Position numbers and translations under genes: made by a program
Notes under the pieces: generated by a model
What the model saw: only the letters and a program-made list of their open reading frames with translations
What the model was told of the DNA's origin: nothing
Databases searched by the model: none
Source: Mobula hypostoma
Lineage: Eukaryota
NCBI RefSeq assembly: GCF_963921235.1
Contig: NC_086097.1
Span: forward strand, 225,372,001 to 225,436,000
Direction: 5' to 3'
DNA length: 64,000 nt
In this document: piece by piece, positions 1 through 11,760 of the stretch
How the letters are laid out: every line of letters starts with the position of its first letter
Position numbering within the stretch: the stretch's first letter is position 1

Positions 1-1303
1 TTAACATTAAAGCTTTGAAATTTTAAAGGACCAGGGAATATCCTGACACCAATCTCAGCCAGATCCCTGAGTGTACAAAATGCTTCTAGTTTAACCTGCA
101 ACGGAGACATATGGGGGAATAGAGAGAGGAAATAAAAACATCATTACTTTTATGTTATCCCTTCTCAGCATCAGTTTTATACAGTCTGTTTTTAATTTCA
201 TTATTCCTTGCATCTGCCTGAAAGGCCTTTTGTCATATAACAATATTTCCTTCTCTTCTACCTCAAGTTGTAAAAAGTCAGCAGAATATTTTGTACTCTT
301 GAATTCATCAGAATCTGCTAACACTCTCTCTCAAGTTGATTAATGCAGATCTCACTGGCTTGAATAGAGTATCATTAATAATATTTCTACCGTTATATTT
401 TGCACAAAATCTTACTCCTGCAAATTAAGGTAAGATATTTTGTCAATACCACACCTTGTGAGTAGGGGGTCAGAATGCATACTAGTGTCTTTTTAACTCA
501 TATGCTTGTGTTATTTCTATTATTAGTGTGTGTTATTACTTCTGGCATGTCACAAGAGGAGAGAAGAAATCAAAGCCTAACAATTTTCCTTCATTTTCTG
601 GCCTGTGCAACCATTAAAATGCAGTCCAACATTATACAGAGAGAAAAAAATTCTGTTATCATCTCATTCACTGATAACAAATCCCTGGCCTAATATGTTC
701 TGATATTTTTGGTGCTCATTTATCATACGACCTTCCTTGCTATCAATAATGCTGTGGAAGAATACAGCAGAGATGCTGAGGCGAGGGTGCACAGAAGTCA
801 GATTGCTTCCAAAAGTAATAGTGGTCAGCCATTCCAATTTATGCTTGCATTCAAACTAAAGGTGTCTGGAGGAGAGAATTTGTTATTAAAATTTGATCTT
901 GCTGTCTAGGCACTGCCACCTAGAATTTGCAACTTTCAGTAGTGATGGGAGCACCAAGGGGGGTTAAATGAATTTCTGTTTGAATTATGATATTAATAAA
1001 ATACAGCACAGTTGTTCAGACATTCATAATTTGAAATAAAATTTAGTAAAACCTATTTAAGGGATTTGCTAAGCATCTCACTTTAGTCACTGTGTGTAGA
1101 ATTGAGTCATTATTATTAGCTGTTTATTTGTATCTTTTATCTTGTAAATAATTATGAAATTGATTGATATTGATTTGTTTGGGGTTTAAATTTAATTCTT
1201 TTAGAAAGTTACAACTAATATTTTTAGACTATTTTTGGGTGTATATTAGTTGACATACTTGTTTGTTGGAAGTTACAGGCTCACTTTCAGAACAGAAAGA
1301 AAG

Positions 1304-1548
1304 TGTTATATTTTGTAACTTCAAAACATTAAAATAATTCAAGGAAGGACACGAGAGTCTGAAATGTAAGGTTACTTTAAGTGAGGCGCTCACATATCAC
1401 GCGGTAGCATGATGGCATTTGCAATTTACCTATTTATACGTACGACGCACAATGAATTATTCAAAATAAACAAGAACACTTACTCAAACTATATATATAT
1501 ATATATACAAGTTTACTCATATATTACTGAAATGTTAAATACAGAACA
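1304..1548 (-). mobile_element. Probable solo LTR of an LTR retrotransposon
   Basis: Starts TGTT and ends AACA (TG...CA termini with a short inverted repeat). Flanked by GAAAG / GAAGG (5-bp TSD, 1 mismatch). About 245 bp with no ORF. Confidence 0.55.
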
Positions 1549-1596
1549 GAAGGTGGCTTGTATTTCCAGCTGGGCCACTCTTTAGGATTGGATATG

Positions 1597-2160
1597 TCAT
1601 GTTGTAACAAGTGGAGAGAAGGAGCGAGGCTGGGGATTAGTGGCAGTGCTGTGCGGCGGGGCTGTGAGGAATGGAGAGAAGGGCTGGTGACGGGGATTGC
1701 TGGTAGTGTTTACAGTGAGGCTGTAAGGGGAGAGAAGGGATGGTGGTAGTGTGTACAGCGAGGCTGTAAGGAATGGAGAGAAGGGATTGGTGGTAATGCT
1801 GTGTAGTGGTGTTGTAAGGGGAGAGAAGGAATAGTGGTGGGGATTGGTAGTAGTGTGCACAGTGGTGCTGTAAGGGGAGAGAAGGGATAGCGGTGGGGAT
1901 TGATGGTAGTGTGTACAGCGAGGCGGTAATGAATTGGAGAGAATGGATGGTGGTGGGGATTGGTGCTAGTGTACACAGTGGTGCTGTAAGGGGAGAGAAG
2001 GGATAGCGGTGGGGATTGATGGTAGTGTGTACAGCGAGGCTGTAAGGAATTGGAGAGAATGGATGGTGGTGGGGATTGGTGCTAGTGTACACAGTGGTGC
2101 TGTAAGGGGAGAGAAGGGTTAGTGGTGGGGATTGGTGGTAATGCTGTGCAGTGGAGTTGG
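1597..2160. repeat. G-rich minisatellite, ~58-bp monomers arranged as a 116-bp A/B dimer
   Basis: ACAGTGGTGCTGTAAGGGGAGAGAAGGG recurs at 1859, 1975 and 2091 (116-bp period), alternating with an ACAGCGAGGC-type monomer. It accounts for the repetitive ORFs at 1597-2221. Confidence 0.9.
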
Positions 2161-2248
2161 TAGGTGAAGGTTGTTTTTTTCTGGGTCCACTGAAGGGGAA
2201 ATGTTCTCTACCCCAGTACATTTAGTATTGGTTGTTGCTGTAAGACAG

Positions 2249-2463
2249 GAGGAGGAACGTCGACTCAGACCATGAGAGGCCTGTGTCGGGCATTTTCATG
2301 CCTTACAAGGCGCAGATTGGAAGTCTGTATGGGGTGACACTCCTTGCACAGACTAGAGCAATGTGTGATTAAGCGCCTTGCTCAAAGGCACAAACACGCT
2401 GCCACAGCTGAGGCTTGAACTAGCGACCTTGAAGTAACTAGACGAACGTCTTGGCCCAACACA
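2249..2463 (-). mobile_element. tRNA-derived SINE with CORE-like domain and a 13-bp TSD
   Basis: Exact TSD TGCTGTAAGACAG at 2236-2248 and 2464-2476. The minus strand has a B-box-like AGTTCAAGCC, a CORE-like GTGCCTTTGAGCAAGGCGCTTAATC and a (TCC)n tail. Confidence 0.8.
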
Positions 2464-2769
2464 TGCTGTAAGACAGTTATACCTTTAAGAATTGTGTTAT
2501 TACCAACTGCTCTCTGGGCTGCCACAATATGTGTGGGAAGTCCCAGAGACGGCCTGAGACATCATCTATTTAAGGTTTTGACATGACACATGCATTAATT
2601 TACAGATTCTGGGGTGGCTCAGTTAGAGGTCAGGAATGCACCAAACACATACTTTGCACTGGCAATGAAGATAGGATGATGAAGATCTACATCCATCGAA
2701 ATGGATATTGATTGAATACATGAACATGAGATAGTGTGAACCTGAGAAATTTCAGAATTCAAAAAGGTT

Positions 2770-3150
2770 ATAGAACATCAAAGTTGGAACATTACAGCAC
2801 AGTACATGCCATTCAGCTCATGATGTTGTGCCAAACTTTTAACTTACTCAAAGATCAATCTAACCCTTCCCTCCTACATAGCCCTCCACCTTTCAATCAT
2901 GCATGTGCCTATCTGAGAGTTCCTGATATGCCCCTAAGGTGTCTGCCTCGGCAACCACCCTGGCAGTGCGCTCCATGCACCTACAACTCTGTGTTAAAAC
3001 CTTACCTCTGACATCCCTCCCCATCCATCCCTCCTCCAATCACCTTAAAATTATGTCCCCTGGTATTAGCTATTTCCACCCTGGTAAAAAAGTACCTAGC
3101 TTTCCACTCAGTTTATGCCTCTTATCTTCTTGTACACCTCGATCTGTTAT
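2770..3150 (-). mobile_element. CR1 LINE 3' fragment (old)
   Basis: Reverse complement of the CR1 3'UTR/tail type seen elsewhere in the window (AGAACAT...ACAGCACAGTAC...GCCATTCAGC). Confidence 0.65.
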
Positions 3151-3419
3151 ACCCATTCAAAGGGGAAAAGAGGTAAAGTCTAACAACTATTTCTCTGGAA
3201 GATAACACAAGCTGGTAGTTTAGTACTTTATATAAGATGAAGTACAAGAGTTCTGTCAACTATGCTTGAAAAGGTGGAGATATTGTTTCACAGGAACGAT
3301 ATCATCAGAGTGAGCGATGAAAATATTTGCAATGAGATCACATGCTAATGAGAGAAAGCAATTTTGTTGGTACGTAGGCACTTAAGCCTTAGACAAACCT
3401 CGATTGAATTATGTGCCAT

Positions 3420-3740
3420 TCAAGTTCACTTATTGTCATTCCACCATATACATGGATACCCCCAAATTAAATAACTATCCTACAGACCAAGGTGCACACA
3501 CATTCTGGAATATATTTTATTTATTATTTGTTAATTTTTTTTTGTGATATTGCTTTATGTGTTGTGTGCGAATTATACACACATGCACATACATAAAGTG
3601 ATATTACCACAAGTAAATTAACAAATAATAAAAATATATTCCAGAATGCTTAGCATGAAGTTCATTTACGACACAAGTTTAAAAGTGTACAATATAACGC
3701 TACTGGAGCTTCATATGTGCTGAGACCTGGGTAGTGGCAT
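3420..3740 (-). mobile_element. LINE (Rex1/Babar-type) 3'UTR fragment containing an internal inverted duplication
   Basis: Begins with a CAAGTTCACTTATTGTCATT tail complement like other Rex-type 3' ends here. Inverted arms at 3501-3568 and 3577-3648. Confidence 0.55.
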
Positions 3741-4433
3741 AAAAAGTCTGGAAAGCTGTTGCAACTGAGTATTGTGAGAGATTCTGGAGAGCATGGAATC
3801 CAAAATCAGAAGTCACGTGATTCGATTGCCAAATGCATGGTTGTTCTGAAAGAAACTACTCTTGCATTACAGCTGCTGTGCATTCTTAGATCTTGTACTA
3901 CATGCTAAGTTTGTGTGTTGACTAACCAATGAGTGTATCCAGTAGAAGTCATAAATCTCTCCACATTTAACGCTTGAACAGACTTTGAAGATAGCTATAG
4001 CTATGGAAAATTGATGGAATTTTGCTGTTGTTGAAAGTTGGTGTAAGTGCAGTAGGAACAGGAATAATAGAGTGAATTCTAATATTGAGTCTAGATCACA
4101 CGAGTGTGAGCAGCACCATATTTTGCTCTGGCAGGAAGGTCTGCTACCTTTCAATTGGACCAGTTCAGCAAAAGTTCCAAACAGTAAGATGTTTTAATTG
4201 TATAAAGACCTGGGCATATATTCTCTATATAGGGATAAGCAGAAAGCAGCTGAAGAAAGGAGTGGCTGTAATGTGATGTTTCAAGAGAAGGGAAAAAATT
4301 TCAAGAGGGATTCACGGAAGGGAAGTTTACACAACAACGAAGAGGATGATCAATGCGAGGAGAGTTTTTAAATACTAATAGTCATGATTGAGGCATACAA
4401 ATGAACAATTTCAGACTTATCATTAAGACTATT

Positions 4434-5013
4434 CTGTGAGACCTCCGTGGGTCAGGGTCAACCATGGATCTTGTGTCCTAGCTGTCTAGCTATGCAAGCC
4501 AGGGCAGTCCGATATGGAGAGCAAGCTGCCGCCCATGCAGCAAGCTCCCGCTCTCCATGTATCTGATGAATCCAGAGGAACAGCAGAGACCGATGCAGTT
4601 TAGTACCAGCAGCATTGCAGGAGTTGCCAGTCTGCATTGAACTCAGTGTAGGACTGCCTTAGGGACTCCATCTCCAGATATCTCCCGCTGGGTTTACTCT
4701 CAAATCCTTCCCCATAAGTGGGTATAGCCGCAAGGCAGCGGAGGTTTGAGATCATAGTTTTCCTTCTCCTAGCTGAGCTGACTAGCCCCTTCTTCCCAAA
4801 GTGACTAGTTTTAAGGCTGAAGTAACCCATCTTTGCCCCTTCCCTGTCAGTAGAAATGGTTCCTCTGAGCTTAGTCGCGAAGCCACACCTGAAGGCCAGG
4901 AGCTGGACTTGGTTGTCAGAAGCTATTTGAAGTGCACACCATTGGGAGCATTTAATAGGTAGTGGGAACTTGTCCCCATTACCAACCCTCGGCTATAACA
5001 ACCTTAAGGAACC
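4434..5013 (-). mobile_element. Non-autonomous RTE-type short element with an HDV-like ribozyme fold at its 5' end (family A, copy 1)
   Basis: Colinear reverse-complement homolog of 53252-53835. Contains the RTE 5'UTR-type motif GGAGAAGGAAAACT. Approximate TSD ATTAAGACTATT (4422-4433) / ATTAAGATTATT (5025-5036). Confidence 0.75.
4841..5013 (-). ncRNA. Degenerate HDV/CPEB3-like ribozyme (P4-less)
   Basis: Minus strand: P1 GGTTCC (5013-5008) / GGAACC (4863-4858); P2 CTCCTG / CAGGGA; P3 5' GCC; L3 TTCAGGT; J4/2 ACTGA. The P3 3' strand is ambiguous or decayed. Confidence 0.5.
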
Positions 5014-5587
5014 TTTAAGATTTTATTAAGATTATTAATGTTGGAAAAATTATATGATAGCTGATGATCTCCCTTTGACTAGTGGAAAAGGGCAGTGGAC
5101 ACAATTGCTTCCTAGATTTTGAGACAATTGCATGTTCAAAGAACTCCATGCACTTGGAACAAACAATAATACTTAGATGTAGCTAATATGAAAACTTCTC
5201 TAGAGAATTTATTTATTGGCTGGCATTGACAAAAATATAGATGACATAGCAGTAGAGGTTCAGTAAGCCAGATTTTGCAGAACACAACATTTGAAATCAT
5301 CTCTCCAGGAGTGGAAGGGGCCTACAGCAGTTCAGCACAGGTTATTGTGAAGGACACATGCAGCATTTTTCAATATTAATGGATAGAAGTATAGCACATA
5401 AAGAAATGCACTACCACAGACTTCATGTTTATGGAATTAAAGATCTAACTTTACCATGCATGGTCTTTTGGGAAGATCAGAGGGTTCACAGTTTAGGTCA
5501 TGTCAGCCGAAACAATTTATGAAGAGCAATGGAATAAAGCAACTTTTCACGTCAGACCACTCAACTTCAGTCTGTGAAAATGCAAAT

Positions 5588-5790
5588 TACACACACACAA
5601 AATGCTGGAGTAACTCAGCAAGTGAGGCAGCATCTATGGAGGGGAATAAACAGCCGACTTTTCGGCCTGAAACTCTTCATCAGCTCTGGAAAGGAGTTGG
5701 GGCAGAAGTCAGAGAGGAAGGCAGGGAGAGCGGAAGGAGGGGAAGGAGTACCAGTTGGTAGGTGATAACTGAAACGAGGTGAGTGGAATC
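5588..5790 (-). mobile_element. Penelope-like element pLTR fragment with a decayed hammerhead
   Basis: Homologous to 39507-39719 and 57879-58395. Minus strand reads CTGATGAAGAGTTTCAGGCCGAAAAGTC at about 5655-5683. Confidence 0.75.
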
Positions 5791-6591
5791 AGAATACAAA
5801 TATCAGAAAACAAGGCGAAAGGGCCATTGAAGAAACAGGTCAACAGCATCTATTAAACATCACCTGGCTGAGGCCACATCGTTTATTGCAATGTGGCCCC
5901 AGGGCACAGCCTTTGTCAGGAGGCTGACTCTCAGTGCTGTGGCATGGCCCAGGACCATGTGAGGGCTGCCTCACTGTAGACAGCCAACTGCATTCACAGA
6001 ATGGCTTTGAGAGGTGTGATACTCTGCCCGCAGGCTCAAGTTCTCCCAAAGCTTTGATACTCATCTTTAATAACACTGGGGAACATAAAAGTATAAACAT
6101 ATTGCTAGCAAAATTAAAACTGCTTTTTTCTTTAGATTTTAAAAGCTGAAAGGCATGTCCAGACAAATTAAAATTATTAAAGTTAATTTGAATAAATGAT
6201 AAAAAACATAGCTACTCACCCTTCTACCAGGAATTATTTGCTCCCATTCATTGAAATGAGGACTCTTGCTGAGGAATCGTCAGGTTTATCCCAGCATATT
6301 TATTAGAATTTTATTTTAGGAGATTGCGAAAGTCAGAGAAGTCAATGTAGATCAGTGGCTCCTGGTGCAAGGTGCTCTGGCAAAGAGTGAAGAAGACAAT
6401 TAGTTGATGATTCTTCTAGAGGGCACCCCATAACTGTTCAAACAGAGACAACCTATGATATTTCTGACGTGTCAAAATCACCAGCTCAAGTGATGGATAA
6501 TATCTCAGCATCTCCGAGTTCTGCAAAGGTAATAAAGATCATAGGCAGTTCTCATATCTTACAAATATAATAAAAATACATACTATGTAGA

Positions 6592-7095
6592 CAAATACTG
6601 TGCAAAAGTTTTAGGCACATAGCTGGGGTGTCTAAGACTTTTGCACAGCATAGTAGTGATTTTATGTATTGCACTGTACTGCTACTGCAAAAAAAAACAA
6701 ATTTTATGACATATGTGAGTGATGATAAACCTGATTCTGATATGGGAACTATTGTGTACTGAGTGGGAAGAGGGCAGGGAGAGGGGAGGGAACAGGAAGC
6801 ACCAGAGAGACATTCTGTAATGATTAATAAATCAATTGTTTGGAATCAAATGACCGTGCCTGGTGTCTCAGGGATGCATGTGTCTGCCCAACTCCTACCC
6901 CTGGCACTCCTTCTCTGCCACCTGTCCCACTCCCCTCCCGAGGCACTCTACCTTTGCCATTCTCAAATGCTTTTGCTCCCACCAGATTTACAAACTCGCT
7001 CTTCACTCCATGTTGATACAGTAATCTACAAAAATCATCAGCACCCTAGCTCTCTCTATATATATATACACCTAAGACTTTTGCCCAGTACTGTA
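6592..7095. mobile_element. Composite Tc1/mariner-like MITE with doubled TIR hairpins at both ends
   Basis: TIR-like TACTGTGCAAAAGT(C/T)TTAGGCAC at 6596-6618 with inverse copies at 6628-6650 and 7069-7095, plus a degenerate forward copy at 7017-7044. Ends CAGTACTG+TA. Confidence 0.65.
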
Positions 7096-9134
7096 TATCT
7101 GCTTTTTGCTGAAAGGGAAGCAATTTAATGTGCGTAATATTAGTTGTGAATGATAGCTGTTGTTTTAATGTTGTCATTTCTTTAAGGACTGTGTCATGCA
7201 ACAGGCTAATTCCTTGACTGAAACAATGGAAACTGGAAGTCTCAGAAGTTTTCTGGGAAAGGACCTTGAATAGACCACATGCAAACCTTTTGATCTTGCG
7301 TTACTTGCATCATTCTGTTACACCCCACAAAGAACTTTGTTAGAGGTTAAGAAGTCACTGAGCACCTACTAACTCCAATAATCCTATTAAGGTCTGCTCA
7401 ATAAACGGAAAAAAATTAGTCAGAGTATATGCAGCACACAACCTGTCTGTATCTCCACCAATTTTGCAGGAAAGTACTGACGTAGAAAGGCCTTCCTTTG
7501 GATATTAAGTTGACCTAATACTGATTACAGGCAGCAGCTGGGTGTGTAAAATCAACAAGAAGCAATCCAGCAGTGGCCATGCTGCCATAGATTGTCAGGT
7601 CCAGAAACTGACATACTGACACACATTATACTCTTGTTAAGCTAGGAAGCTAGCCATACCAATTCCACCCTATTTGTGCTATGTTTCAATAATGAAGCAA
7701 TTAAGCAAACCAGAAAACAAAGTGAACCTTCTGGAAAAACAGAACTATTATCTGTGAAGTGAAGGAATAAACTGGACAATTTTCCCTTTGGTTGTCTTAA
7801 TGCTCGGTCTTACCTTTTGTTTAGTAATTCTTGGAGAAGTTATGCTGACATTAAGGATCAGTCCTTTAAGTATAAAAGAATAACATGCTGGAGGTGATGA
7901 TCCAAACTGAGGTCTTCCAAATGGGTCCCTAAGAGACCTCCCCATGCAAAATTAATTGTTAAAATCTGGTCATAACAAGCAGAGGGTGAGCGAAGATTCT
8001 GAAGCTTAAAGAGTAATGAATGAATGTAGTGTTTTGATCTTTTTAATAATGACATTCAGTAGTATCTCACATCTACCACATATATTTGATTCAGTTTTTT
8101 TTGGTAATTATTTAAATCCATTTCACTTCCAGCAGCAATTCAATATTTTGTCTTCAAACCATAAAAACTAAGTGAATTAAATTCTTACCAAAATAACAAT
8201 TTTCTTTATTCAACTGTTATGCAATAGCAGGATATTTTCTCTCTAAGTTCAGTTTACCTGAGGAAGTGCATCTATTAGTGCACACTGAGACTCCTATAGT
8301 TTGAATAGATATTTCAAAAGCAAAAATTACAACTATGCTGCGGTGAAAACTACTGCTATCATTAAAATATTCTTTTTATCAAATAGCTGTTTACTGTGTA
8401 CTTTTAGGTATAATCAATTGATATATTTCTACAGTCAGAAATCTTTCACCTGAAGGTGGCTTATTTTATTGTGAAAATCGGTGCCTAGATAACTGTGACA
8501 GAAATTGGTGCCTAGATAATTGTACATTAAATATGGATTGGATATAATGTCTGACATAGGAATAAAAAGTAAAGGCAGAAATTAGTACAGTTGAAAGTAG
8601 GGAATGCCACAAATTACACCATAGGTAAAATAATCTTTGATGGTTAGACTGGACTGGAATTTACACTACAGTGTGATTCTTAAATCTACGTCCTACATTT
8701 CAATGCTACGGCATTTTTTTACTCCTAACACAAACATCTTTACAAATATTCTTGTCTGAAATTCAGCTTAAACTTTACACTGTAAACTAGTTAAATTGAA
8801 ATTATGGTCAGATTCATTATTTTCATGGCCTTGCCTTGCAAATTGATTTGAGTGGTTAGTTTTTTAAAAAAAGTAACCACTTAAATTCACTTTTCTGGTG
8901 ATAGAAATGTAATAATACATTGCGTAAAAGCTTAAAAGAGAGCAGAGTACAGGATAGGGCCATGAGTAGAAATATAACTTAAATTTCATAAATGGAAAGA
9001 CTATTCTATTCACTGGCCCTGCAGAGACTTCTGAAGTATTCAAATCTTTTAACAAAAAAAATCTATATTTCAGTGCCTCATGAATACTTAAGTGATATTC
9101 TTTGTGTTTACACAGCAATAAGGAGTGTCAGTAT

Positions 9135-9450
9135 AGAGTCATAGAGTTATGGAGCATTATTGAACACAAACCCCCAGGCCCTTCAGCCCATCTAGTCCAT
9201 GCTGAACTATTATTCTGCTTATTCCCATTGACTGGCACCTGGCCATAGCCCATCCATGTATTTATTCAAATCGAACCCACATTCACTACTGCTGGCACCA
9301 TCCTCTGAGTGAAAATGTTCACCCTCATGTTCCCCTTAAACATTTCACCTTTTACCCTTAAACCACGAGCTCTAGTTCTTGTCTTACCCAAACTCGTGGA
9401 AAAATCCTGCTTGCATTTAACCTATTTTTACCCCTCATAATTTTGTAAGC
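9135..9450 (-). mobile_element. CR1 LINE 3' fragment (old, internally deleted)
   Basis: Minus frame gives AYKIMRG..RLNASRIFPRV, matching the CR1 ORF2 C-terminus, followed by the 3'UTR complement. Confidence 0.7.
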
Positions 9451-11589
9451 AGAAATAATAGAATCTATGGGTTTCCCGGAAGTGTGTTTTTTTTTATGAG
9501 GTTGTCCGGTGCTGCAGAATCTAAAAGTACATATTATTGTCATTGGTAGTATGATAGTTTTTCTCTATTTTGGAATTATTTTAAGATTTTTCTTTGAATC
9601 CATGTGCAACATATTTTCTAGAATTAAAAGATGAATTTTATATCTTTGTTTTGAAAGCTAGACCATTTTAATATATTAACATTATATTATGACCCAGTTA
9701 TTTCAGAAAACAGCTTTGCAGGAAAATACTGCTTTGCTCAGAATCACTCACAATAAAGAATACTTGCATTAACATTCTTCCATACAAGCAGGAGGTTCTT
9801 TGGTTTTCAATGGTCAACTGGATTACTAGTTATTTGGTGTCTCAGTTGGTCAGTTTTGTGGAGCACTAAAACAGCTCTGATGAAACTATTGACAGTATCT
9901 ATGATTCTGTCAAGCAACTGATCACTTTCTGATTAGTTCATCTGAGCATAATTTTTCAAACAGTTTTGAGGAAAGAAGGTGAAGAAATCGCAGTAAATTG
10001 GAGAAGGTTCTTGTACATGTACTGTTGAACTAACTGAGTTGTGGCGTCATTTCACATGAACAAGATAGTGTTGGTTTATTCAACCTTTAGGAGAGACTTC
10101 TGTCTTAAAATGAGCATTGGAACATACTTCTGTGATTGTAAAAGGCATCTTACTTCAACTCAAATTCCTTAAATGAATGCAGTTCTTAAAATTAAATTGA
10201 TTGTTTTGTGGTCTAATTAAATAATAAATACAAGCCTCTGTCCACATGTCTGTAAATGTACTGGAATGATACAGTAGATGCAATCTGGAGTTCTTGCAAC
10301 AGTCTCACCTGGGAAAAATATCCTGGTTCAAGTAGTTCAAGGATATAACTGCTTTTGCCTGCATGTGGCCATTTACGAGTGAAATGGTGCCCAGATAACA
10401 TAGTTGGAGTATTGTATTGCAATTAATTGTAGAATTCTTCCCTAATAATTTAGTAACAATGTCAGCATAGTTATAAAATGTAATTCCAAGTCTTATACTC
10501 ACATCAATCGACATTTTACTTTGAATATTTGTTAGAAAGAAATTAATCCTAGCTTATTTGGTTTTGAATTAAGAGTGACGATGATTCTTTCCATCAGCAG
10601 TTCTAAGTTCCAAACAAGTTATTATCTAAGAATTTTCCTTTTAGCTTTTCATACAATTAAATTATTGATCCTGAGGGCAGTGGAGTTAGCAGTCATACAC
10701 AGAAAATATCTGGGTTTATGCTAGATGTGACTGATTACAGTAATTGAATCGTGACTTTTCCACTCCCAATTTATTGGATTGACCATCGCTGGGAATAAAT
10801 CTGGTGAATAGTCAATTGAACAGTAATACCTAACTGCTTACTGGGAAAAACAGAAGAATAATTTCAATGTGACCATATAGAGAGTTGGAATTTCATTCTG
10901 TTCAGCTTTTTGATTGACACAAATTTGAATGTTAGCATCCACCTGAATCTGATGCATTTAACATTCTAGCTGGTGGCATATGGAAGTTCATTTTCTCTTT
11001 GAACTTTATTAAAAGTGGTTCTATTTTTATATATATATTAAAAAAACACACACACAAACACTTTTATAGTTGTGGGTGCTTCCAGTAATTATTTCAATTT
11101 TTGATGAGAAGAAAAATACAAAATGTAAATATCATTTTAACTTTAGATGAGCCATTCACCATCAATTATAATTCCAGCCCTTCTGAGTAGTTTTGCCTTG
11201 CTATTGCTCCAAAGTCTCTTCCAGATATTTAAATAAAATTCTCCAAATGATGTGTGTTTTGCAGGGAGAAGAACATGACAGATCTGCTTCTGTAATGAAA
11301 TATGCTACACTTCAGTAGAATGTTTTGTAGAAATAGAGAGTGAATATTTAGAAGTTTCCAAGTTATTACAAATGTAAGACTCACTTCTACTGGGCCTGAA
11401 CTAAATCAGTCAATAATTATTACAAATCTGTCTAATTGCATTGATAATTTTTAACCTCAACGTTTGTTGGACAATTTCAGATCTTCTGGAATGCACTTAA
11501 TATGTTAGAGAAAAAAAAAGCTCATTTTCCATCAAAATCTGTAACCTCACATAGTTGCTCCAGTGTCAAAAGGATGCAGAGCATGCCTG

Positions 11590-11760
11590 CTACCAATCAG
11601 TGAAAGGTTGCCATGGTTACAAGGTCAGGAAATGTGCCTTTTCCCCTGGTTGTCCAGGTCTCACACATGTCACTTCTGAAACTATGAATTTTATATACAG
11701 GTCACAAGATGCATATCAAACAAAATAAACAACAAAGCAGAGCATCATGGCAGTTAATGT
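11590..11760. promoter_or_regulatory. Candidate enhancer: clustered CCAAT, RFX X-box, nuclear-receptor half-site and forkhead-like motifs
   Basis: CCAAT at 11593-11597, GTTGCCATGGTTAC at 11607-11620, CAAGGTCA at 11620-11627 and AAATAAACA near 11723, in TE-free sequence. Motif match only. Confidence 0.35.

Noticed and set aside
1597..2221. 194-aa and overlapping Pro/His/Thr-rich ORFs
   Set aside because: They are by-products of the minisatellite, open in several frames with no splice or homology support.
4562..4590. CTGATGA here and at about 28253 as hammerhead cores
   Set aside because: No correctly placed stem II-GAAA or closing stem. These are antisense to RTE-type element sequence.
6214..6530. 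Minus-strand exon ending at a GTGAGT donor (6219-6214)
   Set aside because: Every candidate acceptor tried gave stop codons in the frames read. A non-coding exon cannot be supported from sequence alone.
8475..8523. 22-bp tandem duplication resembling a doubled X-box (GGTGCCTAGATAA)
   Set aside because: A real but trivial slippage duplication with a weak motif match.
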